Shown here: one piece after another, positions 19,183 to 27,865 of the stretch
How the letters are laid out: every line of letters begins with the position of its first letter
How positions within the stretch are numbered: position 1 is the stretch's first letter
Source: Sphingomonadaceae bacterium
Lineage (GTDB): Bacteria > Pseudomonadota > Alphaproteobacteria > Sphingomonadales > Sphingomonadaceae
DNA length: 64,000 nt
Reading direction: 5' to 3'
NCBI GenBank assembly: GCA_041621755.1
Contig: JBFKAE010000002.1
Span: 3,087-67,086, forward strand
Notes under the pieces: generated by a model
What the model was told of the DNA's origin: nothing
What the model saw: the letters and a program-made list of their open reading frames with translations, nothing else
The model's database searches: none
Program-made: the position numbers and the translations under genes

Positions 19183-20354
19183 ACTTGCTGACGAATAGGG
19201 AGCTAGCGAGCCTGCGCCAGGCGGTTTGGCGGCGCTCAAAAGGGCAGGTGCGGATACTCGCGCGCAATCCCGGGCGCGAGGAGGCCATCGCCTTGTGGCG
19301 CGATGTGGCGGCCGCATTTTCGAAGGGCAAGGGCAGGGTACTCACCGCGCGGGAATGCGCGCATCTGCGCCGACGCGCGTGGCGGCGCTCGCATGGACAT
19401 ATTATCCTGTCCGAATTGCAGTTGACGCTCGACCAGGGGCTCGCCTTATGGAGTCTCGCTTGCCGACTCGGCGAACTTGCCACTTGCGAACCACGCTCGA
19501 GGCTTGCCCGCGCGGCGCGCATCGCTGCTGTCGGACTGGCCGCGACGCAGCTGGCCGCCTGCACGGCCTTTCTCGGTAGCAATGTGAAGGGCAGCTTCTC
19601 GTGCAGCGCGCCGGGCGGTACTTGCGCGCCATCGACGGTGATCGACGACCAGGCGCTCAGCCTCATTCAGAACGCGCGGCCGCTTTCACCCGAAACACGG
19701 TTTCCGGCAGGGCCGACTTTCGAGCGGCGACCCCGACATTCCAGCGTCAGGTCCTCTGCCGCCACGCACGAGGGCCGGGGAAGGCTGGCGGCGGTGCGGC
19801 CTGACCTGGTCCATCGCGAGCGGCGCGTCCTGAAGGTCGTGTTTCCCTCTTATGTCGATGGCGCGGGCAATTTCCACGAGCCGCGCGTCGTGCACACGGT
19901 CGCCGACGAAGGCGGGTGGATGCAGCTTTCAGGGGCTGCACCAACATCGGCGCTCGCGGCACCGGGTTCCGGCCCGTCCATTCCCGAAATGCCGGCGGCA
20001 ATGTCAGCCGGGCCTCACGACCCGGCGCCAGCAGTGAGCGCGCTTGCTCCTGCCGGTCCGCCCGATCCGCGCGTGGTTGCTGCTGCCCGGGCAAGAAGCA
20101 ATGCCGGGCGTACAGCCAACCCGATCGATGCGATCAAGACCGAAGTCGACGCGCGCCTTGGCCAGACCGCCAAAGCGCCCGGCGGACTTCCGGTGGCGCG
20201 CGAACCCGCCGTATCGCCTATGGGCGCGCAGCCGACTAGCAGCAGCGCACCCCAGACGGAATCGGGTCCTGCAAGTCCTGCGCAGCCTTCGGTGCCTGGC
20301 GAGCAGACGGCGACCAACCCGCCCGCATCCTTTCCCGCCGTCGAGGAGGATTAA
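19179..20354 (+). CDS. traV: TraV lipoprotein with atypical N-terminal extension and Pro/Ala-rich tail
   Basis: TraV signature AACTAFLGSNVKGSFSCSAPGGTCAPSTVIDD. The lipobox Cys is residue 128 of the ORF, and no canonical start codon lies closer to it. The start is uncertain. Confidence 0.65.
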   Translation: MNLLTNRELASLRQAVWRRSKGQVRILARNPGREEAIALWRDVAAAFSKGKGRVLTARECAHLRRRAWRRSHGHIILSELQLTLDQGLALWSLACRLGELATCEPRSRLARAARIAAVGLAATQLAACTAFLGSNVKGSFSCSAPGGTCAPSTVIDDQALSLIQNARPLSPETRFPAGPTFERRPRHSSVRSSAATHEGRGRLAAVRPDLVHRERRVLKVVFPSYVDGAGNFHEPRVVHTVADEGGWMQLSGAAPTSALAAPGSGPSIPEMPAAMSAGPHDPAPAVSALAPAGPPDPRVVAAARARSNAGRTANPIDAIKTEVDARLGQTAKAPGGLPVAREPAVSPMGAQPTSSSAPQTESGPASPAQPSVPGEQTATNPPASFPAVEED

Positions 20355-20359
20355 GAGCC

Positions 20360-22981
20360 ATGGCGCGGCGCGGATTCTGGGAAAGCTTTCTCGACCTCGT
20401 CTTCGGCGAAAGCGCCCGGCCCGAGGCCGAGCGCCCGCTGCTCGGCGCGCCAATGCTGTCGAACTGGCTTCCCTACCGCAGCTACGATGCCAAGGCGCGG
20501 ATGTTCATCAACACGGAATCGATCGGGTTCATCCTCGAACTCGCGCCGATGATGGGCGCCGACGAGCGCAGCGGCGAGATCCTGACGCAATTCCTGTCCG
20601 ACGCCGTACCCTCAGGCTGCGAAATCCAACTGATCCACTGGCAAAGCCCCTCGGTGGGCGAGCGCATCGCCGACTGGGTTATGCCGCGCGTCGTCGCCAA
20701 AGGGGTCTATGGCCGCGCCGCCGAGCACCGCGCGCGCTGGCTGCGGCGCGGCGCCTGGATGTCGATCTCGCGTGACGCGCCTTTCTACCTGCGTTCGCAC
20801 CGCGTGATCCTCTCGGTCGGTGCCTCGCTCAGATCGTCGACCGGCGCCGACGTACTTTCGACCGTGCGCGAAAGCCTCATGGGTACCTTGCAGGCGCTCT
20901 CGATACCCGCGCGCGAAATGGGTCCGGTCGAGCTTATCGCCTTTCTTGACGATTTCCTCTGCCCATCGGTCGATAATGCCGACCGGCCCGAACACTATTC
21001 CGAGCTCGATCCGATTAACGTCCAGTGCATCCGCCGCGACCTGGAGACCCGGGTCAGCCCTGAGCGGATCGTGCTGCGCACCGAACGCTTCCGTCCGACC
21101 GGCGAAAAGCTCGATGGCGTGCCCGTCATCGGCGAGGTCGTGCCCGACGCCTTCGACTGGCGCTTCTTTGGGGTGCGACACCTGCCAAAACAATGGGCGC
21201 CCTGGGACGTGCAGAAGATCATCGGCGACATGGTCAACGACAAGCTGCGCTTTGGCTGCAACGTCATGACCGTGCTCGCGCTGGCCTTCCAGGACGAGGA
21301 AGCCGTCGCCTCGCGCACAGGCCTCAAGGTCATGCGCACGACCAGCCTTGCCGACAGTCGTTCAGCGCGCTTCCTGCCCCAGCTTTCCGACCAGCGCGAC
21401 GAATGGCAGTATGTGCAATCCGAGATCCGCCAGGGGCGAAAGCTGGCGCAGGTCTATTACGGCGTCGGCGCGCTTTCCCCGCTCGGCAAAGGCGATGTCA
21501 ACGAGCGGCTTGTGAAGTCGGTCTACAAGGCCGCCGGGTGGGACCTCATCGACGAGCGCTACCTCCAGGTGATGGGGCTGCTTGCCGCCATGCCGCTATC
21601 GCTGCCCAACGGGCTTTCCGCCGATCTCAAACGCATGAAGCGCTTTCGCACGATGCTGACGACAACGGCTGCGGCCATCGCACCGGTCCAGGGCGAGCCG
21701 CTCGGCGGGACGATCCCGCATGTCCTCTTGGTCGGACGGCGCGGGCAACCCTTCTTCTGGTCGCCGTTCCAGAACCAGGCGGGCAATCACAATGTCGCGG
21801 TCTTCGGCAAGTCGGGCTCGGGCAAATCGGTGTTCCTCCAGGATGTCTGCGCCGCGATGTCGGGAGCCGGCGCGAAGGTCATCGTCATCGATGACGGCCG
21901 CTCGTTCGAACACATGGCCAAGGCCTTCGACGGCGCTTTCGTCGAGTTCCGCTTGTCTGCCGGCTTCTCGCTCAATCCCTTCGACATGATCAACGCCGCG
22001 GCGCTCACCGACGATGCGGACGGCGAGGATTACGAGGTCGAATGCCTTGCCATGCTCAAAGCCATCGTCGGGCAGATGGCGCGCCAGCAGGACAGGCTCT
22101 CGGACACCGAACGCGGGCTCATCGATTCGGCGGTCAGCGCAGTCTGGCGCGAACACCAGCGCGATGGGACCATCGACCACGTCGCTGCCGCGCTGCGCGC
22201 CTTGCCATCGCCATTTGCCGGTGATCTCGCCGATGCCATGGCGCCGTTCCTTACAGGGGGCACTTATGGGCGCTTCTTTGCCGGCGCCTGTTCGATCGAT
22301 CTTTCCGCCGGGCTCACCGTGTTCGAGCTCTCGGACCTTTCGTCCAAGCCCGAACTGCGTTCGGTGGCGCTCACCGCGCTCATGTTCCTGACGCTCCGGG
22401 TCATGCGCGATCTCGACCGCTCGGTGCCCAAGCTCACCATGATCGACGAGGCCTGGCAGCTGCTGGGCGGCGGGCAGATGGGCCAGGCGATCGAGACCTA
22501 TGCGCGCACCTGCCGCAAGTATGGCGGCGCGCTCGTCACCGCGACCCAATCGCTGAACGACTTCTACAAGTCCGAAGGCTCGCTGGCCGCGCTGGAAAAC
22601 TCCGACTGGTCGGTGGTGCTCCAGCAGAAGGAAGAGACGATCAACGATCTCGCGCGCCACCAGCGCTTCGAGATGGACCGCCATACCGAAACGCTGCTGC
22701 GCTCGCTGAAGCGCAACGGCACCGAATATTCCGACGTGCTCATCAAGGGACCGGAGACGCTGTGCGTCGGCCGCCTCGTGCTCGATCCCTATTCGGCAAC
22801 GCTTTATTCCTCGAGCCCGCGCGTTTTCTCTGCGATCGAGGAGCTGGTCAAGGGCGGCATGGCGCTGCCCGATGCGATCGAGCGCATTGCCTTTCCCGAT
22901 TTTGTGCCGCCCGAACCCGGCGCGCCCGATTTTCATGAGGGCGAGGTGGGGGACGAGATTCAGCAGGAGGCGGCAGAATGA
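20360..22981 (+). CDS. traC: TraC ATPase (VirB4 family, F-type)
   Basis: 873 aa. Walker A GKSGSGKS, Walker B-like KLTMIDEAW, and TraC_F_IV-like N-terminus. Confidence 0.95.
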   Translation: MARRGFWESFLDLVFGESARPEAERPLLGAPMLSNWLPYRSYDAKARMFINTESIGFILELAPMMGADERSGEILTQFLSDAVPSGCEIQLIHWQSPSVGERIADWVMPRVVAKGVYGRAAEHRARWLRRGAWMSISRDAPFYLRSHRVILSVGASLRSSTGADVLSTVRESLMGTLQALSIPAREMGPVELIAFLDDFLCPSVDNADRPEHYSELDPINVQCIRRDLETRVSPERIVLRTERFRPTGEKLDGVPVIGEVVPDAFDWRFFGVRHLPKQWAPWDVQKIIGDMVNDKLRFGCNVMTVLALAFQDEEAVASRTGLKVMRTTSLADSRSARFLPQLSDQRDEWQYVQSEIRQGRKLAQVYYGVGALSPLGKGDVNERLVKSVYKAAGWDLIDERYLQVMGLLAAMPLSLPNGLSADLKRMKRFRTMLTTTAAAIAPVQGEPLGGTIPHVLLVGRRGQPFFWSPFQNQAGNHNVAVFGKSGSGKSVFLQDVCAAMSGAGAKVIVIDDGRSFEHMAKAFDGAFVEFRLSAGFSLNPFDMINAAALTDDADGEDYEVECLAMLKAIVGQMARQQDRLSDTERGLIDSAVSAVWREHQRDGTIDHVAAALRALPSPFAGDLADAMAPFLTGGTYGRFFAGACSIDLSAGLTVFELSDLSSKPELRSVALTALMFLTLRVMRDLDRSVPKLTMIDEAWQLLGGGQMGQAIETYARTCRKYGGALVTATQSLNDFYKSEGSLAALENSDWSVVLQQKEETINDLARHQRFEMDRHTETLLRSLKRNGTEYSDVLIKGPETLCVGRLVLDPYSATLYSSSPRVFSAIEELVKGGMALPDAIERIAFPDFVPPEPGAPDFHEGEVGDEIQQEAAE

Positions 22982-23064
22982 TGCGCCGATCCGCCCTTCG
23001 CCTAACGCGCTTGCCCTTCGACGTGAGGTCCGAATTACAGCGCCTTGCCGGTGGTGCCCGTTGC

Positions 23065-23388
23065 TCAACCGCCGCCGAGAAAGACGAACAGGCAACGCCA
23101 GACGCGCAACAGATCCTCCGCGCTCAGACTTCCGAACACCAGGCCAAGACGCTCGCGCCTGACCGTCATCGCCTTGTCGATCATGACCTGCGATTCTTTG
23201 CGCAGGCCATTATCCGCGTCGGGCAATATCGAAATCCTGAGCAACGGGGCGTCGATGAGGCTCCCCGTCACCAGCAGGACAGTTACCGTCTCGAGTTCGC
23301 TGAATGCGTCGGACTGAATCACGAGGGCCGGTCGAGGCTTGCCGAAATCACCCTGGAGCGCAACCGTCACCAGGTCGCCGCGCTTCAT
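23065..23388 (-). CDS. PemK/MazF-family toxin
   Basis: ATG at 23388. MKRGDLVTVALQGDFGKPRPALVIQSD matches the MazF/PemK SH3-like N-terminus. 4-nt ATGA overlap with the upstream antitoxin. Confidence 0.8.
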   Translation of the reverse strand: MKRGDLVTVALQGDFGKPRPALVIQSDAFSELETVTVLLVTGSLIDAPLLRISILPDADNGLRKESQVMIDKAMTVRRERLGLVFGSLSAEDLLRVWRCLFVFLGGG

Positions 23389-23618
23389 GCGGCGTCCTTG
23401 CCAATGCCGTCGTCCATGTCGTCGAGCGCCGCGTCGAGGAACGCTCCGAGCTCGTCGTCCGCGTGGTCCGCCCTGGCGACCCGGGTAGCCTGGCGGCGGC
23501 ACTCGGCCGCGAACCCGGGCGCGCGCGTGTCAGGCACCCAGATCTGTACCGGCCGAAAACCGGCGGCGCGCAAGTTGGCGCGGCGCTTTGTCACGCGTGC
23601 ATGGGAAGCTGCCGCCAC
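23385..23618 (-). CDS. MazE-like antitoxin (DUF3018-type)
   Basis: GTG at 23618 preceded by AGGAG. RANLRAAGFRPVQIWVPDTRAPGFAAECRRQ with an acidic C-terminus, as in DUF3018 antitoxins. Confidence 0.7.
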   Translation of the reverse strand: MAAASHARVTKRRANLRAAGFRPVQIWVPDTRAPGFAAECRRQATRVARADHADDELGAFLDAALDDMDDGIGKDAA

Positions 23619-23708
23619 TAGCGATCTCCTTTGCGCTACATGTAGCGCGTTGGCGCCCGTTTTACAATGGGCTTCAATCCGGTCCGACAAGGCGGGGAGG
23701 CCACTACA

Positions 23709-24077
23709 ATGACCACCCAGCCTCTTCACAAATCACCCCGAAAGGCGGAAAGTCCGTTGGAGACGGCCTGCTATGTGACGCTGCGGCTTTGCGGGTGGCT
23801 GGCGGTTTGCGCGGCCTTCGTCACCGCATGCTGGACGCTGTTCTTTGCCGCGCTCGGTGACTTCAGCTTCGCAGGGCTGGTGCTCCATCTAGACAATTTC
23901 ACAAGCCGCTACATTGGGGCCGATCCGTTGCGTCAGGCCGCGTTCCGCGCACAATTCTGGCTGGCTTCGGGCGCATTGTTCCTAGTTGTCGCCGTGCTGC
24001 GCCTGCCCGCGCTCATCCAGTTCATCGCACCCATCAAGGAGAGGCCCGATGGCCAGGAACGCCCTGCCGGCCGGTAA
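23709..24077 (+). CDS. hypothetical membrane protein of the tra operon
   Basis: ATG at 23709 in ORF 23667..24077. Three hydrophobic segments. Co-directional with the tra genes. Confidence 0.45.
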   Translation: MTTQPLHKSPRKAESPLETACYVTLRLCGWLAVCAAFVTACWTLFFAALGDFSFAGLVLHLDNFTSRYIGADPLRQAAFRAQFWLASGALFLVVAVLRLPALIQFIAPIKERPDGQERPAGR

Positions 24078-24621
24078 CGGGCCGCTGTTCGACGACATGC
24101 CGGAAGTCGTTGGCGACGTGCAGACACGCAAATCCAAGCTTCGTGCACCGCGCAAACTCGGACTGCTCCCGGTCGCACTCGTGAGCGCGCTGGTTATGGC
24201 AGGCCTGTGGGGCGCCTGGGTGACGAAGGAAGTTCTCGCCGATGTCGGCGTGCCGCCGATCGCCAAGGTGCAGCTTTCCAATATCGTCGGCGAATATGTC
24301 CAGGCCCAGGCACGCTCGGCGACCCCGCCCGAACAGGTGACGGCGGAGACCCGGGCGTTCATGGCCGAGATCGAGCGCAACCTGAAGACGCGGGGCCGCT
24401 CAGGGCAGATCGTGCTGGTAGGCGAAGCAGTGCTCGCCGGCGAGGTTCCCGACATCACCGCCGAGTTGCGCCGCGAAATTTACGCCAAAGTCCGGATGCC
24501 GCAGCCCGCCGCGGCCGATGCAGGCGATGTCATGGGCGCGATGCGCGCCGCCATGGCCGCGCCCGCCGGAGAGCCAGGCCTGGGTGCTACGGGAGGGGCA
24601 GGCAATGGCCCCGCCCAGTGA
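24049..24621 (+). CDS. trbI: TrbI (F-type)
   Basis: ATG at 24049. Single TM LLPVALVSALVMAGLWGAWV, then a TrbI_Ftype-like periplasmic segment. Position before traW. Confidence 0.7.
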   Translation: MARNALPAGNGPLFDDMPEVVGDVQTRKSKLRAPRKLGLLPVALVSALVMAGLWGAWVTKEVLADVGVPPIAKVQLSNIVGEYVQAQARSATPPEQVTAETRAFMAEIERNLKTRGRSGQIVLVGEAVLAGEVPDITAELRREIYAKVRMPQPAAADAGDVMGAMRAAMAAPAGEPGLGATGGAGNGPAQ

Positions 24622-25123
24622 ACCCTCGCGCCATGCCCGGCGCTGGCTGGCGATCGGAGGCCTCAGCCTGTGCCTTGCGGGCAGCTCTGCGCTCGCTGCC
24701 TGGCGCGACGATCATGCGCTGCTCATCAATACGAGCCAGTCGCTCCCCAACTGGGCGTTCTGGATCGACCGGAAACGCGTTCCCGCGCGCGGCGATTTCG
24801 TGGTGTTCAATCCGCCGAGAACGCCGCTCATCGTCGCGCATTTCGGGAAGGTGCCAACACCCTTCGCCAAGCGCGTGCTTGGCATGCCGGGCGATGTGGT
24901 GACACGCGACGGACCCGTCGTGCTGATCGATGGGCGCGAGGTCGCAAGGATCAAGGCCTTCAGCAAACGCGGCGAAAAGCTGGAGCCCGGACCGGTGGGC
25001 CGCATCCCCGAGCATTGCTATTACCTGGGCACCGCGCATGCCGACGGTTTCGACAGCCGCTATGCCGATATCGGTTTTGTCTGCCAGGACCGGATCATTG
25101 GCACTGGGGACTCGGTACTGTGA
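24605..25123 (+). CDS. S26-family signal peptidase (RP4 TraF-like conjugative peptidase)
   Basis: ATG at 24605. NTSQSLP (Ser nucleophile region), KRVLGMPGD and GDSRYAD-like (DGFDSRYADIG) motifs of S26 peptidases. Confidence 0.8.
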   Translation: MAPPSEPSRHARRWLAIGGLSLCLAGSSALAAWRDDHALLINTSQSLPNWAFWIDRKRVPARGDFVVFNPPRTPLIVAHFGKVPTPFAKRVLGMPGDVVTRDGPVVLIDGREVARIKAFSKRGEKLEPGPVGRIPEHCYYLGTAHADGFDSRYADIGFVCQDRIIGTGDSVL

Positions 25124-25776
25124 GCGCGCGCCATCCCCTCGCGCTTTCTCTCGGCCTTACCTTGTCGGCAGGATGGCCCGTGGTGTCCTTGGTGCAGGCC
25201 GCGGATCATGGGCAGATGGGGCAAACCTTCCCGATCATCGAGGAGGACCTCCTCACTACCATCGAAGCGAGGCTCAGGACACTCGAGGCCTCGGGCGAGA
25301 TCGCAGGCCTGCAACGCCGGATGCAGGAGCAGGCGACCCTGAGCGTGCGTCGCCCGAGGCCGGTCGCGGGGCTATCGGCCGCGAGCGAGCGGCGGCAATG
25401 GCTGTTCGACCCCTCGATCGTCATCGAAGCCGACATTCGCGACGACAAGAACAATTTGACCGCTGCGCGCGGCACGCGGGTCAATCCGCTCGACCATGTC
25501 TCGCTCGGACAGGACCTGATCTTCGTTGACGGAACGGACCAGACGCAGGTCGACTGGGCCGTGCGCAGCCACAGCGCCGAAGGGGCCAAAATCATCTTCG
25601 TCGCTGGCTCGCCCTTTGATGCGATGAAGCCGCACCAGCGCCGCTTCTGGTTCGACCAGGGCGGCCGACTGACCGCGCGCTTCGGCATTCGCCACACGCC
25701 TGCCGTCGTCACATCGGCAGGCAAGGCGCTCCAGATCACCGAAGTCCCGCTCGGGCCGAAAGGCGGGACCTCATGA
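25120..25776 (+). CDS. traW: TraW
   Basis: GTG at 25120 overlapping the preceding stop. Signal peptide. GQTFPIIEEDLL, FVDG and RFGIRHTPAVV are typical of TraW. Confidence 0.8.
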   Translation: MSARHPLALSLGLTLSAGWPVVSLVQAADHGQMGQTFPIIEEDLLTTIEARLRTLEASGEIAGLQRRMQEQATLSVRRPRPVAGLSAASERRQWLFDPSIVIEADIRDDKNNLTAARGTRVNPLDHVSLGQDLIFVDGTDQTQVDWAVRSHSAEGAKIIFVAGSPFDAMKPHQRRFWFDQGGRLTARFGIRHTPAVVTSAGKALQITEVPLGPKGGTS

Positions 25777-26051
25777 CGCATCCGCTGCTCGCTTTCCTGG
25801 CCACGCCGATGGCCGCCCCGGAGACCCCGAGGTTGAGGCGCCTGCGTCATGCATGGGTCTTGCTGTGCGTTGCTCTCCTGCTCGCAGTTGTCCTCAACCC
25901 AGCAATCGTCGGCTTCGTCGGCCCATTAGGCGCATTGCCGACGCTTCTGCTCCTTATCGCCATGCCCGTCATGGGACTCATCTACTGGCGCGCCAAAACG
26001 AATGCCGATGCAGCCTGGAACCGGGCCAAGAACCAGGAATGTGAGGTGTGA
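25773..26051 (+). CDS. small hypothetical membrane protein
   Basis: 92 aa, two TM segments, ATGA overlap with traW. Position between traW and traU. Confidence 0.45.
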   Translation: MTHPLLAFLATPMAAPETPRLRRLRHAWVLLCVALLLAVVLNPAIVGFVGPLGALPTLLLLIAMPVMGLIYWRAKTNADAAWNRAKNQECEV

Positions 26052-27067
26052 TGCGGCTGCCGCGCCTGATACTGGCGGCGCTTGCCACGCTCGCGCTGAT
26101 GGGTCTCGGCGCCGCACCCGCCCGCGCCTCGGTCACCTGCCATGGCAAGTTCGTCAATCCGATCACCGACGTGTGCTGGTCGTGCCTGTTTCCGCTCTCG
26201 ATCGGCGGGCTTGCCATCTGGAAAGGTTCGCGGCCCGATCCCAAGAATCCCTCGTTCCCCTTGTGCGCCTGCGGTTCGCCGATCCCGCGCATCGGCATCT
26301 CGGTGGGATTCTGGGAGCCGGTGCGGCTTGTCGATGTCACCAACAAGTCCTGGTGCTTCCCCAACCTTGGCGGGATCCGGCTCAACCCCGGCTTCGATAT
26401 CGGCAACGGCCATGTCCAGGGCCGCAGCCAGGTCGGCGGCAAGACGCAGAACTCCTCGCAGTGGCAGGCCCACTACTACGTCTATCCGCTGCTTTACTGG
26501 ATGGAGATCCTAACCGACTTCCTCTGCTTCGAGCAGACGACGTTCGATGTGGCCTATGTGACTGAGCTCGATCCGCTCTGGCAGGATTCCGCGCTCACCT
26601 CGATCATCAATCCCGAAGTCGCGCTGTTCGCCAATCCCATCGCCACCGCTGCTTGCGCCGCGGACTGTGTCGCCGCGACCGCCAAGCTGCCGATTGACCA
26701 GATGTTCTGGTGCGCGGGTTGCAACGGGGGGATGTACCCCTTGAACGGCCATGTCGCGGCCCATGTCACGCCGGTCCAGGCCTCGCGGCTCGTGGCGGAA
26801 CGCATGCTCTACAAGATGCACCGCGAAGCGCTTGCCTGGGGGACGATGGGCTCGAAGGCCCTGTGTCACAAGTACCTGATGCCGGTGATGAGGAAGCAGC
26901 AGTACCGGCTGCAAATGACCAACCCGATCCCGACCGTCAAAGGCCGCTACGCCTGCGCGCCGATCGGGGCGACCACGATCATTCCCCACACGGGCAAGTC
27001 CTTCCCGGTCAAGGGCGAGGATTTTGGCTACCTCGTGTGGAGGAAGCGAAATTGCTGCGCTTTATGA
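26051..27067 (+). CDS. traU: TraU
   Basis: Signal peptide, then CHGKFVNPITDVCWSCLFPLSIGG and multiple conserved Cys, the TraU signature. Confidence 0.9.
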   Translation: MRLPRLILAALATLALMGLGAAPARASVTCHGKFVNPITDVCWSCLFPLSIGGLAIWKGSRPDPKNPSFPLCACGSPIPRIGISVGFWEPVRLVDVTNKSWCFPNLGGIRLNPGFDIGNGHVQGRSQVGGKTQNSSQWQAHYYVYPLLYWMEILTDFLCFEQTTFDVAYVTELDPLWQDSALTSIINPEVALFANPIATAACAADCVAATAKLPIDQMFWCAGCNGGMYPLNGHVAAHVTPVQASRLVAERMLYKMHREALAWGTMGSKALCHKYLMPVMRKQQYRLQMTNPIPTVKGRYACAPIGATTIIPHTGKSFPVKGEDFGYLVWRKRNCCAL

Positions 27068-27864
27068 ACAGGTTACGCCTCTCTATCGGCCTATTCCGAT
27101 CGCCGCGGATTATCGCTGCCGCCACATTTCTGGCGCTCGCCGGGATCTCGGCGGGGCTGACCCAGACCGCCGCACAAAGCGTCACCCAGACTGTCGATGG
27201 CCTCGATCTCGACGCGATCAAGGCACGCGCCGGGGGGCAGGCCAGCGAGGCGCAGGACTTCGTCGATGCCCTTGCAGGACGCGAATTGCCACATGCGCGC
27301 GAAGCCGAAGAGTTGCGCGATGAGGCCATGGCCGCGATGCGGGGCATCGATCCGGCCAGCCTGCCCAGGGGACCCGACGGTCCGGTCGATTTCGACGCGA
27401 TCCTCGAGGGCGCTGCCGCCAATGCTTCAGCACCGATGGGGGAGGGACCGCTGTTCGTGGCCTTTGCCAGCCTCTCGATGCCCGAAGCCTCGCTCTCGCG
27501 CCTGATTGCGGACACCAGCGCGGCCGGCGGCGTGGTGGTCTTTCGCGGATTTCCGAAAGGCAGCACGCGGGCGTTCGCCGAGGGGCTTAGGCGCGTCGTC
27601 ACCGACGAGCGCCAGGAAGCCCATATCGCCATCGACCCGCGCCTGTTTCGGGCATTTTCCGTCCACGCCGCACCGACCTTCGTCGTGGCAAGCCGCGCCT
27701 ATGAGCTGTGCGACGGGTTCGATTGCACCTCTGTCGTTCCCGAACACGACCGCATGAGCGGCAATGTCAGCGTCGAATACGCGCTCGAGCGTTTTGCCGA
27801 AGCGCGCGGCCCCGGCACCGGAGTAGCGCATGTCGCGCTTGCCAACCTGCGCAAGGCGAGGTGA
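27064..27864 (+). CDS. trbC: TrbC (F-type pilus assembly protein)
   Basis: ATG at 27064 (ATGA overlap with traU). Signal peptide. C-terminal LFVAFASLSMP...VVFRGFP...IDPRLF...APTFVV is typical of TrbC_Ftype. Confidence 0.8.
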   Translation: MNRLRLSIGLFRSPRIIAAATFLALAGISAGLTQTAAQSVTQTVDGLDLDAIKARAGGQASEAQDFVDALAGRELPHAREAEELRDEAMAAMRGIDPASLPRGPDGPVDFDAILEGAAANASAPMGEGPLFVAFASLSMPEASLSRLIADTSAAGGVVVFRGFPKGSTRAFAEGLRRVVTDERQEAHIAIDPRLFRAFSVHAAPTFVVASRAYELCDGFDCTSVVPEHDRMSGNVSVEYALERFAEARGPGTGVAHVALANLRKAR

Positions 27865-27865
27865 C

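Noticed and set aside
21596-23095. 499-aa minus-strand ORF, and the 244-aa plus-strand ORF at 22978..23712
   Set aside because: The first is antisense to traC. The second overlaps the compact MazEF-like pair on the opposite strand and has no motifs, whereas the TA genes have RBSs, an ATGA overlap and family signatures.
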